A stretch of 63,777 nt of DNA, the filler included, from Psammoneis japonica (lineage: Eukaryota), in the NCBI GenBank assembly GCA_008632985.1. It is 8 parts of 8 records of this genome, joined end to end, with 100 filler letters (N's around TTAATTAATTAA, not from the genome) between each part and the next. Parts side by side here need not be neighbours in the genome. Positions count along the whole stretch, not along the records: positions 57,837 to 63,777 come from QPGO01000559.1; 7 more parts are not named here. The stretch is one strand, 5' to 3'. Below, in pieces: positions 61,644-63,777 of this stretch (positions are counted from its first letter, which is position 1; every line of letters starts with the position of its first letter). The position numbers were made by a program, and so were the translations under genes. The notes beneath the pieces are model-generated. The model made no database searches, was not told the origin of the DNA, and worked only from the letters and a program-made list of their open reading frames with translations.

Positions 61644-62927
61644 TCACCAACTTCCTCTTTTGCTAAACCTAGCGCCCGTCAATTGCGCAACCACCCAATC
61701 TGGCAGCTGTTGCCACGCTCGTCTTATCGGTACGTCTACCACGTCGACAAAGGACTCTCTTCGCGTTGAGTGAGTCACACGACGGAGGATCATCGTTTGT
61801 CGAGGACTTAGCATTTCTTCCACCTGTGGTGGGATCTTGCTGTCAGCTGCAAAATCGCACGACCCCATGGCCACTAGACGATTAGCACGTGTAGCCTGGA
61901 GTGCAGTGAGAGGCACGTATCGTAGAAGTGTCTGACGGAGGGCGCCTTTCGACACGGTCTTGTCTTCTTCAATATCCCCTGCAAATTCCGTAAGCTCTGC
62001 GTTTGAGCTGACGCGATTGATCTCTACTTGGGCCGGGATTCTGTAATCACAGGATCGCCAGAAGACCACGTTTACAATGTTATGTTGCAATGCAAAGCGC
62101 ACAAGTCTCGAGACGGACAGCTTTGATGAGTTGTATTTGACTTGGACGACCTGTTGGCCTTCTATGCGTCCGACAAGAGTTCCGAGGACCCCGTCCAATT
62201 CTGCGAATATCACCTCTGCTGCCGAAGCATCTTTTACGACAAACTCAGTCTGCTTTTCAACCTGATATATGTTTCCTCCTCTTCCAACACGGATGCGACC
62301 CATCTCTAGCTCTATCAGCATTTTGAGGTAGATTGGGACTCGCTTCTTGTAAGCTTTGAGGGCTCTTGCCATGGCTAATGCCATACCTGCGTTTGACTGA
62401 AGATCGAGAGGTTTTCCGTCAGTGATGTCTTTTCCTGATCCGTCAAGGATTTTTGCGTAGACAAACACTTCTTCATCTATCTCTGGCGGGGCTACTGTAA
62501 TGAAAAACGCTTCGGCAGCTTCAGCTAGAAGTGGGTGGGACAGTGCGTGGCGGCAAGACGTATTTTGCATTTCTCCACTCGCGTCTCTAGTCTGGTAGTC
62601 GACATACAAGACTGGGATTTTGTACTTTCTCGACTTTTGCAAGGCATCCTCCAGCAATTCGTAGTGAAAGTTCACCAACAAAGGCTCTTTGTGATTAGAG
62701 GGAAGACTGCTTCGTGAAATTCTCCTTTTGAAGGCTGACAGAATGGAGCTTTCGTCATCGCCAGAATGTAAAACGGCGCTGGTTTCTTGATGGCTGGGAA
62801 TATCTTGAACCTCTTCTTCGCGAAGACCTTCCACAATACCATCAATGCAAGTCTTTGTTGTTTCTTGCCATGCTTCGATTCTCCTGAGAGGAGAGGGGAC
62901 GTCAACACGCCCTTGAGTATTTCCCAT
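61644..62927 (-). CDS. Divergent homologue of VPGUxxT-type thioredoxin-like/MsrA-like proteins, catalytic motifs not apparent
   Basis: LEDAL.KS....PVL, LSHPLL.EA.E..F, ILDG.GKDI, AM..AL......P.YL, LDGV..T..G...G..VV.V.Y, LRY.PLT.LQ.TR.N. Family match is recalled from memory, not searched. Likely start MGNTQ. Confidence 0.6.
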   Translation of the reverse strand: MGNTQGRVDVPSPLRRIEAWQETTKTCIDGIVEGLREEEVQDIPSHQETSAVLHSGDDESSILSAFKRRISRSSLPSNHKEPLLVNFHYELLEDALQKSRKYKIPVLYVDYQTRDASGEMQNTSCRHALSHPLLAEAAEAFFITVAPPEIDEEVFVYAKILDGSGKDITDGKPLDLQSNAGMALAMARALKAYKKRVPIYLKMLIELEMGRIRVGRGGNIYQVEKQTEFVVKDASAAEVIFAELDGVLGTLVGRIEGQQVVQVKYNSSKLSVSRLVRFALQHNIVNVVFWRSCDYRIPAQVEINRVSSNAELTEFAGDIEEDKTVSKGALRQTLLRYVPLTALQATRANRLVAMGSCDFAADSKIPPQVEEMLSPRQTMILRRVTHSTRRESFVDVVDVPIRRAWQQLPDWVVAQLTGARFSKRGSW

Positions 62928-63777
62928 CGCAAATCTCAGAATAGTGTAGGGCTGGATCGATGTCACGTCGCAGATTAACGTGGTGCTGGTACAGGACTAT
63001 GCGTAGAAATGATACTATCGCTGGCATTGTCAATGACCGTTTCTAATCTGGGACCGTTGTGATTTATGCCTTTTTTAATCCTTTATCTCTCTCTTTAGGT
63101 TTATATATCAGGAACAACGGTCACAAATTGTCGTGCATCATAGTGCCATAGATTTATGCCCTTTTTATTATCTTCTATGCACATGAGGAAATATAAAAGC
63201 TTTCAACTATCTTGTCCACAAAATCGCTCATTTTGCCATGGGCAGAAGATCATCGAAGATGTTGCATACATTCCAACATGTTTGTACTATCGTTACGAAG
63301 GACAATCATCAGACAACTTAAGAGATTTTAAATCTTAGAGCTCTAGCTAGTACAACAGATAGAGCTTCAGTCACTATTTGCGGCTCCGGTTAGCCAAATG
63401 CATAGACTAAAGCTTGATGAAGTTTCATTGCTAACCGAAAGCCATCTAGCCTTCAATTTTGAGAGCTATGTCTGGTTTGTTCTCCTCCATCTTCATCTTT
63501 TCGCTGGTCTCCTCGTCACGAGGCGACAACGTCGAACTACAAGTGATAGTCTCCACTGTCCAATCAAGGTTAGACATGAAACTTACAAACTCGTCATCAA
63601 TGGTGTGACGCAGTGTCTCGAATGTCTTGATAATTCGTTTCATTTTGGGGCAATGGAGACAGCCGTAGTGCGCACAGTACGGATGCGCTAAAGCGGTCTT
63701 ATCTGGTAGCTCTTCTTGGAACTTAGATTGCGTATCGGTTGAAACAGATCCTTGTCTCTCTTTTTCACTTTGCTGAG

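Overview
Eukaryotic DNA, almost certainly from a diatom: FtsH carries a bipartite AIA-FAP plastid presequence, genes have short GT-AG introns, and the retroelements are diatom-type Ambal-like and CoDi-like. The window is not one locus. It is eight unplaced contigs joined by 100-nt artificial spacers (44 N + TTAATTAATTAA + 44 N) in decreasing size order, so neighbourhoods across spacers are meaningless. Ordinary host genes: plastid FtsH, a sulfotransferase, two TrmA/RlmD-family RNA methyltransferases, an ARM+MYND protein, an ankyrin palmitoyltransferase, a Cys-less pentameric ligand-gated channel, a myosin and a degenerate thioredoxin/MsrA-like protein. These alternate with sharply bounded domains of retroelements, satellites, a host-gene copy and bacterial-type gene fragments (murE, rsmH). 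The main signal is in those domains: TpA has been systematically converted to TpG or CpA (Tyr->Cys/His, Leu CTA->Pro CCA, TTAGGG->TTGGGG/TCAGGG), on top of ordinary CpG->TpG/CpA decay. Paired copies inside the window give the direction of change. This resembles a repeat-targeted A:T->G:C hypermutation process, the mirror image of fungal RIP, which I do not know to be described. No enzyme responsible is visible in the window, and all counts are by eye.
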